DNA of 64,000 nt from IMG/VR virus record IMGVR_UViG_3300025769_011517, one strand, 5' to 3'. Shown in pieces: positions 19,685 through 29,500 of this stretch. The translations under genes and the position numbers were made by a program. This stretch comes from an uncultured virus (IMG/VR IMGVR_UViG_3300025769_011517). Its lineage: Duplodnaviria; Heunggongvirae; Uroviricota; Caudoviricetes. Below the pieces are notes generated by a model. It did not search any database. It worked only from the letters and a program-made list of their open reading frames with translations, and was not told where the DNA came from. The stretch's first letter is position 1. Each line of letters starts with the position of its first letter.

Positions 19685-21640
19685 TTATCGGATAGGGCAA
19701 GCTCCAGTGGCGCACTCCGCATCGAACTCGTCGTCCGACATGATAGTTGAACCAGTAAGCTTCTCTCCAAGAGGCGAAGTGGTCTTAAGCACGGTTTCAT
19801 ACTCGTCCTTCGTCAACTCCCCCATAGGGGCCTGATCAAACCCGTGCTCGCTATGCAGCAAGAACGAAACAGACTTCATCTCGCTCCAATGCTCCGCAAG
19901 GTACTCACGGATACCGTCAAGCTCTTCGCTCTTGTAGTAGACAGTCACCGAAATAGCGTTGTCTGCCCAAACCTTCTGCAAACGGCGAACAAGGTCCATC
20001 TGCTCAATAGCAGTCATATCCTCAGCCAACACAGTGCCCTCAGGGAACGCACAAGGGAACTCTACAACCACCGTCCGATGATCTTCTGAACCATCAAAGT
20101 TACGCAGAGGCTCTACATAGAACCCCTTTGACCTGCAGTAGTTTACAAGCACATCCGTAGCAGACATACGCATACGCTTAACGAAGTACTGGCTAAAGCC
20201 GGGGTGAACACCGGGGGTCACACCGGGAAGAAGGCTAAGCGTACCAGAAGGCTTAATCGTGGTAAGACGAACAGACTCAGGCCAGCCACGCTCCTCTGAC
20301 CACGCAGCATCCAACTCACGCAGTTCAGTGTAAGTCTCATCTAGCCAATCAATCTTGTCAAGAGCCTGAGCAACACCAGTAATACCAAGACCCAAACGCA
20401 TGTTCTGAGAAGTGATCTTATCAGACGCAGGATCAAGGTACGACAAAGCGGCAGTAGCCTTCTGGACCTTGTACAGCAACTTGGCAACATCCTTAAGCTG
20501 CTCAGGTGAATCAATCATGGGAAGGAAAATCTCAGACAGATTGCACGACTCACGGTTAGCCAGAGGGATTTCAGCGCAAGGGTTAACGCCAACAATTGAA
20601 GGATCAGGACGCTCTTCGCCCATGCGGCCAAACTGACGTGAAGCTTCTAGGTTAAAGAACCCGTAAGGTTCGCCGTTGCCCTTGTACCCTTCCCAAATCA
20701 AATCAGGCATATCCTTCATTTCTTCAGGAGAAACAAAAACAGTATTGTTCGACATGGCCCGCTCAATAGGAATATCGCCAAGGTCCCAACGCTTCGCCAT
20801 CAGGTAATCTTCATCGTCAAGACGGCCAACCGCAATTTCAGCGCTGCGACGAACGTTACCGGCAACAACAATAGAGCCAATGATGTTCATGCAGTCAAGA
20901 ACCTCAACGGAAGTAAGCGTGCGGCCAACAGCACCGTCTAGCACCTTGCAAATCTTTTCAACACCAGAGATAAGAATTTCAGGTCCTGAAGCAGTTCCAC
21001 CAAACGTCTTAATGGGAACTCCAGCGGGACGAATCAAATGAGTTGCATATGTCATCCAGCGAGGGTTGTCATCATCGCCAAGGTAGCATTCAAACACCTT
21101 ACGGATCAGTTCAGCCCATCCCTCACGAGTATCAGGAACAATGAAATCTGAATCGTTCTCATCCTGATGGGAAACCCACGCACTACGGACGACACCAAGA
21201 CGCTCAGGCTTATCGCATGAGAATCCTACGCCGCCGCCAAGCATAAGGCGCTCAACAGACCACGAAAAATCTGAAGGCTTCTGAACGTCAACAAACCAGC
21301 AGTTCACAAGTGAGTCGCCGCCCAAACGCTGGTTGTTAGGAGTACCTAACTGCCAAAGCATTCGACCAGCAACAGAACCCTTCAAGTTAAACAAGTAATC
21401 ATACAGACGCTCAGCCTCATCCTGTGTCAACTGGGCACCAATGTTCTGTGCACCGTTAACAACTCGCTGAATAGTCTCATGCCATTCCTCAGTGCGTTCA
21501 ATAACGTCAGTGTTGCCTTCAAAAATAGGTCGGGCATAAGTACGCTTATACGTTACATACCCCAGACCGTTGAAACCCCAAGGAGGCATCTTGTCTGCGT
21601 AGTCGTTAGCGTGGTCGTCTGAAATGAAAAAAGGGTTCAC
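19685..21640 (-). CDS. nrdJ: Class II (adenosylcobalamin-dependent) ribonucleotide reductase
   Basis: YKRTYAR, LVNCWF, VVAGNVRRSAEI, GVNPCAEI, ESCNLSE, TTIKPSGTLSL, C-terminal CATGACPIR; GTG start with GGAGG RBS. Confidence 0.92.
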   Translation of the reverse strand: MNPFFISDDHANDYADKMPPWGFNGLGYVTYKRTYARPIFEGNTDVIERTEEWHETIQRVVNGAQNIGAQLTQDEAERLYDYLFNLKGSVAGRMLWQLGTPNNQRLGGDSLVNCWFVDVQKPSDFSWSVERLMLGGGVGFSCDKPERLGVVRSAWVSHQDENDSDFIVPDTREGWAELIRKVFECYLGDDDNPRWMTYATHLIRPAGVPIKTFGGTASGPEILISGVEKICKVLDGAVGRTLTSVEVLDCMNIIGSIVVAGNVRRSAEIAVGRLDDEDYLMAKRWDLGDIPIERAMSNNTVFVSPEEMKDMPDLIWEGYKGNGEPYGFFNLEASRQFGRMGEERPDPSIVGVNPCAEIPLANRESCNLSEIFLPMIDSPEQLKDVAKLLYKVQKATAALSYLDPASDKITSQNMRLGLGITGVAQALDKIDWLDETYTELRELDAAWSEERGWPESVRLTTIKPSGTLSLLPGVTPGVHPGFSQYFVKRMRMSATDVLVNYCRSKGFYVEPLRNFDGSEDHRTVVVEFPCAFPEGTVLAEDMTAIEQMDLVRRLQKVWADNAISVTVYYKSEELDGIREYLAEHWSEMKSVSFLLHSEHGFDQAPMGELTKDEYETVLKTTSPLGEKLTGSTIMSDDEFDAECATGACPIR

Positions 21641-21784
21641 CTTATGTCCTCCTATGGCTGTGAACGTGTGTATAAAAATAATGGTTTTACTATTGTAGCC
21701 ACCCACAATGAACTACAATCGTCAAGTCATTGTGAGAGTTGCAAAAATCTTGCTAGATCATGCTACCATGAACGTGGCAGCATG

Positions 21785-22522
21785 TCAAACTGACAAGCTT
21801 GCTAGTTCTTTCGCTAACTCCACTCTGTTAGAGAAGAGCAAAAACAACCCAGCTGCCTGGGTATTTAAATGAACTGATGCTTCTCCTTGAGATGACTTCG
21901 GCATCTCCAGAGAAAGCAAATTGACAGCACACAACTTTCGGATGTAATCCACAAAGTCAACTTTGCTGTCAACCCCTACATTTAGAGTTTCTATAGCAGA
22001 GTACAGTACAGACATTCTACTACATGTGGCACGCTGCGTCAATATAGAACTAATGATTACAGCAGCAAATTCTTCCCAATGCCCAAACAACGACAAAGAC
22101 GGAAGTACCGCTGACACTTGCATAATTGATCTGCTGCTTTGACTGAGACACACAGCCGCCTCTAACGCATAGTCAGGCTCGTCGTGCATCGCTAAGTACA
22201 GAACAGCATTGTCCAGCAACTCAATACCCGCCAGCACCTGCCGGTCATGAACCGAATCAATCAAACAAAACTCGCTTGCCAACGCCAACAAAATATCTGT
22301 CTGATCAAACGAATACTTATCATTGTGAGCATTAACAACAGAGTGCATGACCAAAGTCAAATCAATTGTCTCATCCAGAACAGCGCCTTCTTCAGCAACC
22401 AAAAACTGAAGCATGTTGATAATACCAGCAGAATAAAACTCATCAATAGACTCAAGCACCACTACTTCATCACGAGTCCACGTAGGTATAGGCAAATCTG
22501 AATCTTCTTCAAAGATAGGCAT
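21785..22522 (-). CDS. Hypothetical protein
   Basis: 245-aa ORF with TATAAT-5 nt-ATG; no recognised motif. Confidence 0.6.
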   Translation of the reverse strand: MPIFEEDSDLPIPTWTRDEVVVLESIDEFYSAGIINMLQFLVAEEGAVLDETIDLTLVMHSVVNAHNDKYSFDQTDILLALASEFCLIDSVHDRQVLAGIELLDNAVLYLAMHDEPDYALEAAVCLSQSSRSIMQVSAVLPSLSLFGHWEEFAAVIISSILTQRATCSRMSVLYSAIETLNVGVDSKVDFVDYIRKLCAVNLLSLEMPKSSQGEASVHLNTQAAGLFLLFSNRVELAKELASLSV

Positions 22523-22535
22523 ACCCTATTATAGC

Positions 22536-22563
22536 AAAAGCCCCCCGACCGAAGCCGGGGGGC
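22536..22563 (-). terminator. Terminator after major capsid gene
   Basis: gccccccggc-ttcg-gtcggggggc then tttt. Confidence 0.9.
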
Positions 22564-22612
22564 CTTTGAACTAGTCGCTAAGTTTTAGCAACTCTTAAGT
22601 TGATCTCTAGGA

Positions 22613-23899
22613 TCAGCTCGGTTCGGCGTCGAAGGTGACCTTCACAAACGCCTCGGGACGCTTGACAGCGAGGGCAAGACGCTCTTCAGCAAGCACCACG
22701 ATGGCGTTGCGGACGAAGAAGTCTGAGTGCTGTTCCGAAATACGGATTGAAGCAGCCTCACGGTCGTACAGCTGAGCGCCAGTACCGAACGCACCGACAA
22801 GAGCGGTACCCTCAGCGATGGCCGGAGTGTCAATGACGGGGATACGCCAGACACGTGACTCAGCGCCACCAGCAACTGACATGGCAAGAAGGTACGTGCC
22901 CTGTGAGTTCTTGGTAAGCTCAATGTCTTCCCAGTCTGACGGGTGGACGATGATGCCGGTCGGCTCGTAGTAGGCAAGGTATGCCAGAGTAGCCGCACGA
23001 CGGAGAGCATCGGCCTTGGTGTCAGCAACAGGTGAAGTTGCGCCATCAGACCATGCGTAGGTCTGGATGTCAGTGGTGTTGAGAATACCAGTAAGGTCCT
23101 CACCAGTGCCAGCACCGGAAAGAATCTGGGCATCCTCGGTCAGACGAAGACCGTAAAGAAGCTCGTTGTCGATGATTGAACGCAGCTGCGGCTCATCGGC
23201 AAGAACGTTACGGTGAGCGGCTTCCCAGTGAGCAATCGTCCGCACCGGAGCCTGCTCACCAACGAAGGTCATCGTTGACTGAGGCTTGGCACCGAAGTTG
23301 CCTGACGAGTACTCAGGAACAACTGAAGCGTTGTTCGTGAAGCCGGTCTGACGGAAGTACTCAACAACCGCTGAGTTGGTGGTACGTGCCGGGAAAAGGT
23401 CACGCACACGGCTACGACGCTGAGCAATCGGGACGATACCGTCACGCTCAATAGCGCCGAAAGCGTCAGGAGTGCCAGTAGGAAGACCTGAGTAAAGGTC
23501 CTTCTGCTGAAGCGACTTGGCCATGAACGGAGAGGTCATGTTTACGCCAGCCTTGCCACCCTGAAGTGACTTGAACTCCTCTGAGTTAAGGAACGCATCA
23601 CCGACTGAACGGTGACGAGAAACCTCTGACTCAACGCCAGCAGCAACCTCAGCAGCAACTGACTTGTACTCGGCCTCTGAAGACCAAGCGGACACGTCAC
23701 GAAGAGTGCTCATGTCCTCAATAAGACCCTTGATCTCACGAATCTGGGTCATGTTATTCTGGAATGCTGACTTCTTTTCGTCATCAGCGATGAGGGTTGT
23801 GCCCTCAAATTGCATCGAATCAGCGATCTGCTTCTGCTCATCCATCTTTTGGGTAAGAGCAGACTTCAGCTCGTTGAGTCGGCTTTCATCAAAACTCAT
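22613..23899 (-). CDS. Major capsid protein (HK97 fold, N-terminal delta domain)
   Basis: RVRDLFP..VEYFRQTGF..AKPQS..VRTIAHW..LADEPQLRSIIDNELLYGL..FVRNAIVVLAEERLALAVKRPEAF; AAGGAG RBS. Confidence 0.95.
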   Translation of the reverse strand: MSFDESRLNELKSALTQKMDEQKQIADSMQFEGTTLIADDEKKSAFQNNMTQIREIKGLIEDMSTLRDVSAWSSEAEYKSVAAEVAAGVESEVSRHRSVGDAFLNSEEFKSLQGGKAGVNMTSPFMAKSLQQKDLYSGLPTGTPDAFGAIERDGIVPIAQRRSRVRDLFPARTTNSAVVEYFRQTGFTNNASVVPEYSSGNFGAKPQSTMTFVGEQAPVRTIAHWEAAHRNVLADEPQLRSIIDNELLYGLRLTEDAQILSGAGTGEDLTGILNTTDIQTYAWSDGATSPVADTKADALRRAATLAYLAYYEPTGIIVHPSDWEDIELTKNSQGTYLLAMSVAGGAESRVWRIPVIDTPAIAEGTALVGAFGTGAQLYDREAASIRISEQHSDFFVRNAIVVLAEERLALAVKRPEAFVKVTFDAEPS

Positions 23900-24087
23900 G
23901 TTTAGTCTCCTTAAGGTTTGAGTTTAACATGTTTACTTTAATGACAGGCGACCCAACAATCTGGTGACACCAGTCAAGTATTATGCTATCACCTACGTAA
24001 AGGGGTTCACGGGAACTTTCCCAAGATTCTCTTGCGGCAAGCAACAGTACTATTCTAATGTATATCGCAAACCTTAATCCAGCGATA

Positions 24088-25602
24088 CTACTTGCGAGTA
24101 GACCGTGGATGACCTTTAGGAAGCAAGTCGTTGTCGGTTGTATACTTCGGATTTGATGGTTTTCCGCTAGACGTTAACTTAAGAAACGCATTGACACGGC
24201 CCATAGCCCATTGCTGCCGCCCCATCTTCGGGCGATGAGTCTGCGAAAACGCTCCAGCGCCTCTTCGCCACACAGCTTTTAACATGCCGAGCGTAACTTT
24301 ACGGCTATCTTTATTCCGTTTCGTCATCTTCTCGTTGTGAGTCTTAACCTTTTCTTTCAAAGACTTTTCAACCGCAGCCGAAAGTTTAATCCCCCCACGA
24401 GTATTTGCAGCAGTACCCGGCTTGTTTCGACGTGAACCGCTAATACGTTCAGACGGTTTAGCAGGAGTCTTCGGATCATTCGGCCCATACTTTCTAGCAG
24501 CCTTCTCACGAACTTTCCAATTATCTGGAATCAACTCAGTCCTACCCAAAGCACGGGCACGTTTCATAATGTGACGCTTAGCGGCCTCTCTATCTTTACC
24601 TAAACCGTAAGCTTGGATAGCGTTCCGCAAATCACCAACATCTCTAATCGGATACGACCCGTCAGGAAGCGCCCAACCCCGCTTAGCGTACTCTTCCCGA
24701 CGCTTCTGCGTATAGAACCGCTTTTCCTCAATAGTGTCAAACGTCGTCTTCTCGCCGCCCTCTACACGACGAACAATAGCCTTCGCCCAAGTATAACCGG
24801 CATCGCCACCCCACAAAGCCCAAGCAATGCGCCCATTAGAAGGAAACCCCTTCTCGCCCGGACGGTAACCCCCAGCTTTTGAATCGCTCTGATGACGATC
24901 AAAATAAGCCTTAACCCGCTTCACAGTACGATACGGCAAGTTCTTCCCGTTCGCAATATCACGAGCACGAGCAACACCAACCATAGTGCCGCCACGACCA
25001 AACTCTTTACGCCACTCCAAACCCTTCTTAGCCTCCGACACCATACCAGCAGTCGGCTTAAAAGAATCCGAAACACCTGCCTTGCCAGAAACAAGCCCGC
25101 CACCGGGAAGAGTTTCAATACCACGTGGGCCACGCTCACGCAGATTCTCCCACCTACGCTCATTAGTTACAGTTCTGCGGGCAGGCCGCTGAGCACGAAT
25201 AACTCTCGCAGACCCATTGCCGCCGTTACCTTGGGCAGCATTACGCTCTTCAGGTGTAGCACAAGGTGCCCACTTGCCTTGAGCAGTTTGATGCGCCCCA
25301 AAACAACCTAACTTGACAGCAGCCTGCTCCGCTTCAGCCCGAGAAGAAAACACGCTCTTTCCTTTAGCGGCTTTCAACCGCAGCATTTCTTTACTGCCAG
25401 TTTTCTTTCCCTGCCGTTCTTTCCATTCACGAAAAGCAGGATTACCTAGCTTGATAAGCTGCTGCAAATCTTCAGCGGACTCGCAAGGACCCCAAGCGTC
25501 ATCACCGACTTTGTGAGCACCCGTACAGCCTAAAATGTCGGATAGGTTTTCCGCCATTTCTTTCGTGGGTACTGTCTGTCCTTCTAAAGGGTCCTTAGCC
25601 AT
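24088..25602 (-). CDS. Basic multi-module head protein (two GCxGxH..PC modules, GRIAWALWGG module, LPDGSYPI module, DUF5824-like C-terminus)
   Basis: Motifs visible in translation; C-terminal LKAVWRRGAGAFSQTHRP..QQWAMGRVNAF; start MAKDP at 25602 overlaps upstream stop. Confidence 0.65.
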   Translation of the reverse strand: MAKDPLEGQTVPTKEMAENLSDILGCTGAHKVGDDAWGPCESAEDLQQLIKLGNPAFREWKERQGKKTGSKEMLRLKAAKGKSVFSSRAEAEQAAVKLGCFGAHQTAQGKWAPCATPEERNAAQGNGGNGSARVIRAQRPARRTVTNERRWENLRERGPRGIETLPGGGLVSGKAGVSDSFKPTAGMVSEAKKGLEWRKEFGRGGTMVGVARARDIANGKNLPYRTVKRVKAYFDRHQSDSKAGGYRPGEKGFPSNGRIAWALWGGDAGYTWAKAIVRRVEGGEKTTFDTIEEKRFYTQKRREEYAKRGWALPDGSYPIRDVGDLRNAIQAYGLGKDREAAKRHIMKRARALGRTELIPDNWKVREKAARKYGPNDPKTPAKPSERISGSRRNKPGTAANTRGGIKLSAAVEKSLKEKVKTHNEKMTKRNKDSRKVTLGMLKAVWRRGAGAFSQTHRPKMGRQQWAMGRVNAFLKLTSSGKPSNPKYTTDNDLLPKGHPRSTRK

Positions 25603-26212
25603 CAGCCTCAGCCTCCGGCTCAATTGCCTCAAAAGTAACACCTATAGCATCAGGAGAAACAAACTTCGCTAATTTCAAAACTTCTTTAATCGAAGAGTTG
25701 TCGTTAGTAATCTCAGCATCTTTCAACAACGTATACAACGCATGAATATCTTCTCTAACTTCTTCGTCTTCTCTGTCCTCTTCATCAATAGCCATAAACC
25801 CTGATTCACTACTAGCATACAACACCTGCCACAACTCGTTAAGTTGCTTATAGTTCACTAGTTTCGGCATTCTAGCAGGAGCCGTGGAGATATAAGTTTT
25901 TAAGTCTTCTAAAGACATAGCTTCAAGCTCAGCAACATTATCATCATAATCAGCGTTAAACTGCTCAACTTTTTTGCGAGCATCTTCAAACTTAGCTGAA
26001 TCTACTTCAATAGCATCTGGAAAACGTCGCTTAATTCTTGTGGGCGTATACATGTCAGTATCAGGCTCACGGGTAGCCCGAATACTCATCTCTAGTTCAA
26101 GTTCGGCTGCCTCTTCTTCAAAGCCACGCTTAACAAAAAACTCTACAGAGTTAAGACTAGAAACGGTAAGCAGCATCGTAGCGTTTTTCGTTAAAATGTA
26201 GTGTTTAATCAT
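25595..26212 (-). CDS. Hypothetical acidic protein
   Basis: 205-aa ORF coupled (ATGA overlap) to upstream gene. Confidence 0.65.
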   Translation of the reverse strand: MIKHYILTKNATMLLTVSSLNSVEFFVKRGFEEEAAELELEMSIRATREPDTDMYTPTRIKRRFPDAIEVDSAKFEDARKKVEQFNADYDDNVAELEAMSLEDLKTYISTAPARMPKLVNYKQLNELWQVLYASSESGFMAIDEEDREDEEVREDIHALYTLLKDAEITNDNSSIKEVLKLAKFVSPDAIGVTFEAIEPEAEADG

Positions 26213-26445
26213 GTTGCTGCACCACCTTTAGGCTTATCTCGAATTTCTCTAATACTTGTGTATGAGAACCCTGATCGTGTGAGTTGTCTTACAGTCCTAG
26301 CTTGCCCGCCATCAGATTCAATTAAAAAATCTATAAACTCTTTAAACTTCGGGTTATCTACATTTTCCGCAACAAGGCCGTCAGGTGTTTCAGTAACAGT
26401 CCCTTCAAGAGTGTTGTCTAAGTCATAAAATCCAAATTTTTTCAT
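26209..26445 (-). CDS. Small hypothetical protein
   Basis: 78-aa ORF with TAGACT-6 nt-ATG. Confidence 0.65.
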   Translation of the reverse strand: MKKFGFYDLDNTLEGTVTETPDGLVAENVDNPKFKEFIDFLIESDGGQARTVRQLTRSGFSYTSIREIRDKPKGGAAT

Positions 26446-26501
26446 GTTGTTAGTCTACCTTAATCTTCTGAAAATAGCAAAACTTCTGTACTCAACAAAC
26501 G

Positions 26502-29500
26502 CTAAAGTCCAACGTTACTCTGGCGTTGAGGCATACCTCTGTAATTGCCAAACAAAACTAGGTCCATAAGTTCTTCTCCGGTATAATCTGTTTCCATTAA
26601 CCAGCCGTACCGTTCTAAGAACATCTCCTGAGATCGCTTCCACCCATCGCTATCAAGGTTACCGTGCGCACCAACAATATCGCCAATTACCTTTTCCATA
26701 TCTTCCGCACTCTGAGCCGCCCGCAATCTTTCAAGGGCACGATCAAACGATGCCGCAACAGCGGCCCGATCAGATGCTGAAGCAGCTGCAAGTTGACTAT
26801 AAAGATCGCCACTTAAACGGGGACCTCTGCTATTAGCGGCACGAGCAGCAAATTGTTCTTCAGGGCTAAGTCTTACGAGGTCACCCGTCCGTGGATCACG
26901 GTACTCAACCCCAAAGAAGTCATTATCAGTCCCATCTTCTCCGTCACGGCCACCCAAAGTCAGGCCCATGTCAATAGGAACAAGTCTAACATTTCCGTCA
27001 CGATCCGTGTACTGAAGCCAGTTGCTACCATGCCTATCACTGTTAAACAACAAAGCGTCACCCAGCATCATGTGAGTTGCATCGTCTAGAGTGTTCTCAT
27101 TAGAGAAATCATACTGTCCCGGGTTCCGTCTACCTATCATAATATCGGTAGCGCCTTCAGGAAGGTAATTCTGCAAAGCCTCACCCATCAAGCCACGAGC
27201 GGGGTTAATAGCAGGATCATCCCACGGGTCTCGGTTAGCAGCGTTTGGATTTGCAGGCCCATCTAACCTCATCTGCCCTTGAACAAAGCCCAGACGAATC
27301 ATCAACGCACGGCCAACTAGTTCGTTACCGTCTTCGTCACGACCATATGAACGCCCATCATTAAACTTAATCATAAATATCTGACCAGTAGCAGTATCTA
27401 CTATAAGCTGCGCACCATTTATTGCATTACCTCTGTTATTGACACCCCCACCGTCATCCATGCCCATCCCAGGAACCAACATTTCAAACCTTGCATTTGG
27501 TTCACGGTCGTCACGTCGCAAGACACGGTTTTGTTCATCACGAATCGCTTGCCCATGTCTATACCCTGAACCGTTCTGACCGTACAAACGATCAACTACT
27601 CCCACAAGCCGCTGTAAGTCATTATCAGACAAACGAGTAACATCAAAAGGCAAATCATCCAAAGACTCTTCAACCAACTCTTCAAGCATCTCATTTGAAT
27701 ACTGACCTAAACGGTCTTCTCCAATATCAGACACCGCCAGAACCACAGGATTAAGGAACTCATCAGGAACACCAGAAACATCATTATTACCATCTCTCAT
27801 CCACTCAGCACCTTGATCAACAGACTCAATACCATTCGCCCCCACAGGAACCGCTGGAAGCGGACGCTGCTCGCCCCTATCAAAGTTCGGGTCTAATTTC
27901 TGATTCGGTCTGGCGTCGCTCTGACGAGGAGGAGGAGTAGGTCCTGAAGGTACCGAAGGAATCGAAGGAATCGACGGCTCTGGAGGACGATCATAAGGAT
28001 CAATCAAATCAGGTGTTACCTGACGTGGATCGCCGTCAGCATCACTCAAAATATCTGTAATATCCCAAGTACCGTCACTGAACGTGGTGCCCCTAAACGG
28101 GTTGGGAAGCGTCAAACCTGCTAGCTCAGGGTCATCAGCAAGCAACTGATCAACCATATCTCCATCTAAAGCACCAATATTGTTAGCGGGGTCGTCACCG
28201 ACGTTTCTACCGATGTAAACTCCACCGCCTCTAAACATCTGGAACGCAACAGAGTTTCTAATACCCTCGCCTTCCAACGCCAACATGAAATCATGCATGT
28301 CTGGCAGTTCATTAATTTCTCTAGCATCCATGGAAGCCAGCACCCGTACTGGGTCATCAACGTTCAATAAAGGCTCAACCATAGCCTCAATACGTTCAGC
28401 CCTCACATCATCCTGAATAAGAGCCTTTGCGGCACGCTGCTTCAACGTAGGTTCAATACCTGTACGTTTCGCTTCTTTATAGCCATTGTAATCTTTCAAA
28501 ACCTCAACCATACCCTCGTTAAGGTTCCTAATATGGTTAGGATTATCATCTCTAAACCCAATGCGAGGCCAAACAACCCGGCCATCATCAACAGCACCAA
28601 CCTTAACTTTGCTAACACCCATATTTCTATAGAACAACAAGTTGTTGTTAAACATCTCTTCAGTGAAACCGCCACCGGCAAACGAAATGTCTTGTCCCTC
28701 AAACTGTATAACACGGCTCGTACCTAACAAATTATGCTTAACCTTACCGTCACCTTGCGCATCCCAAGTGATGGTACGAGACATTCTGCCTAGCCGGAAC
28801 CCTCCATCGTTTTCGGAATAAGTTTCTTCAGCAACAACATTACCATCAGAATCTAATAGTTGGAATTTCATACTAGACTGAACATCAATCTGCAGAATAT
28901 CTCCACGAGGGCCGTCACGAGAAATGAAAACACCATCGCCACGGCCATCAGTCGTGGGAATAATCTGCTTCGTGTACGTCTTACCATTAATCTCTACAGA
29001 CCCAACCTGAACCGGCTGATCCGTATCCAACAAGAACGCATCTCTGATTCGTGATTCAACTTGCGCATCAGTCATCGCACTCAGGCCATCACGCCCGCCA
29101 ATATCCCACGGCTGCGTTTCCCTATCACCATAACGACGCTCAGCAATGTCTTTAATCTTCTGCTCACGCTTCTGCTGACGCTGCCGTCTAGCTTTGAGGA
29201 AGTTCCATCTACCCACCTTACGCCATCTATCAGACAACTGCGGCTTGTTATCAACAGCGTCTCCAAGATTCGCCCGAGCCGACGCAACCGCACGACCATC
29301 AAGAAGCTCCTCACGTAAAGTAAGAAGACCATTTTCGTCTATGATGTTTGGGTCCATGTTGTCAAGACGTTCTTGAACATACTCTAAATGACGATCAATA
29401 GCCTCAACTGACCTTTCATTCAGAGGAAGGTTTCTTTCAAAACTTCTATCTCCTCTGATCCGCATTGCACGGTTCCAAGATCGCATCAGATCATCTTTCT

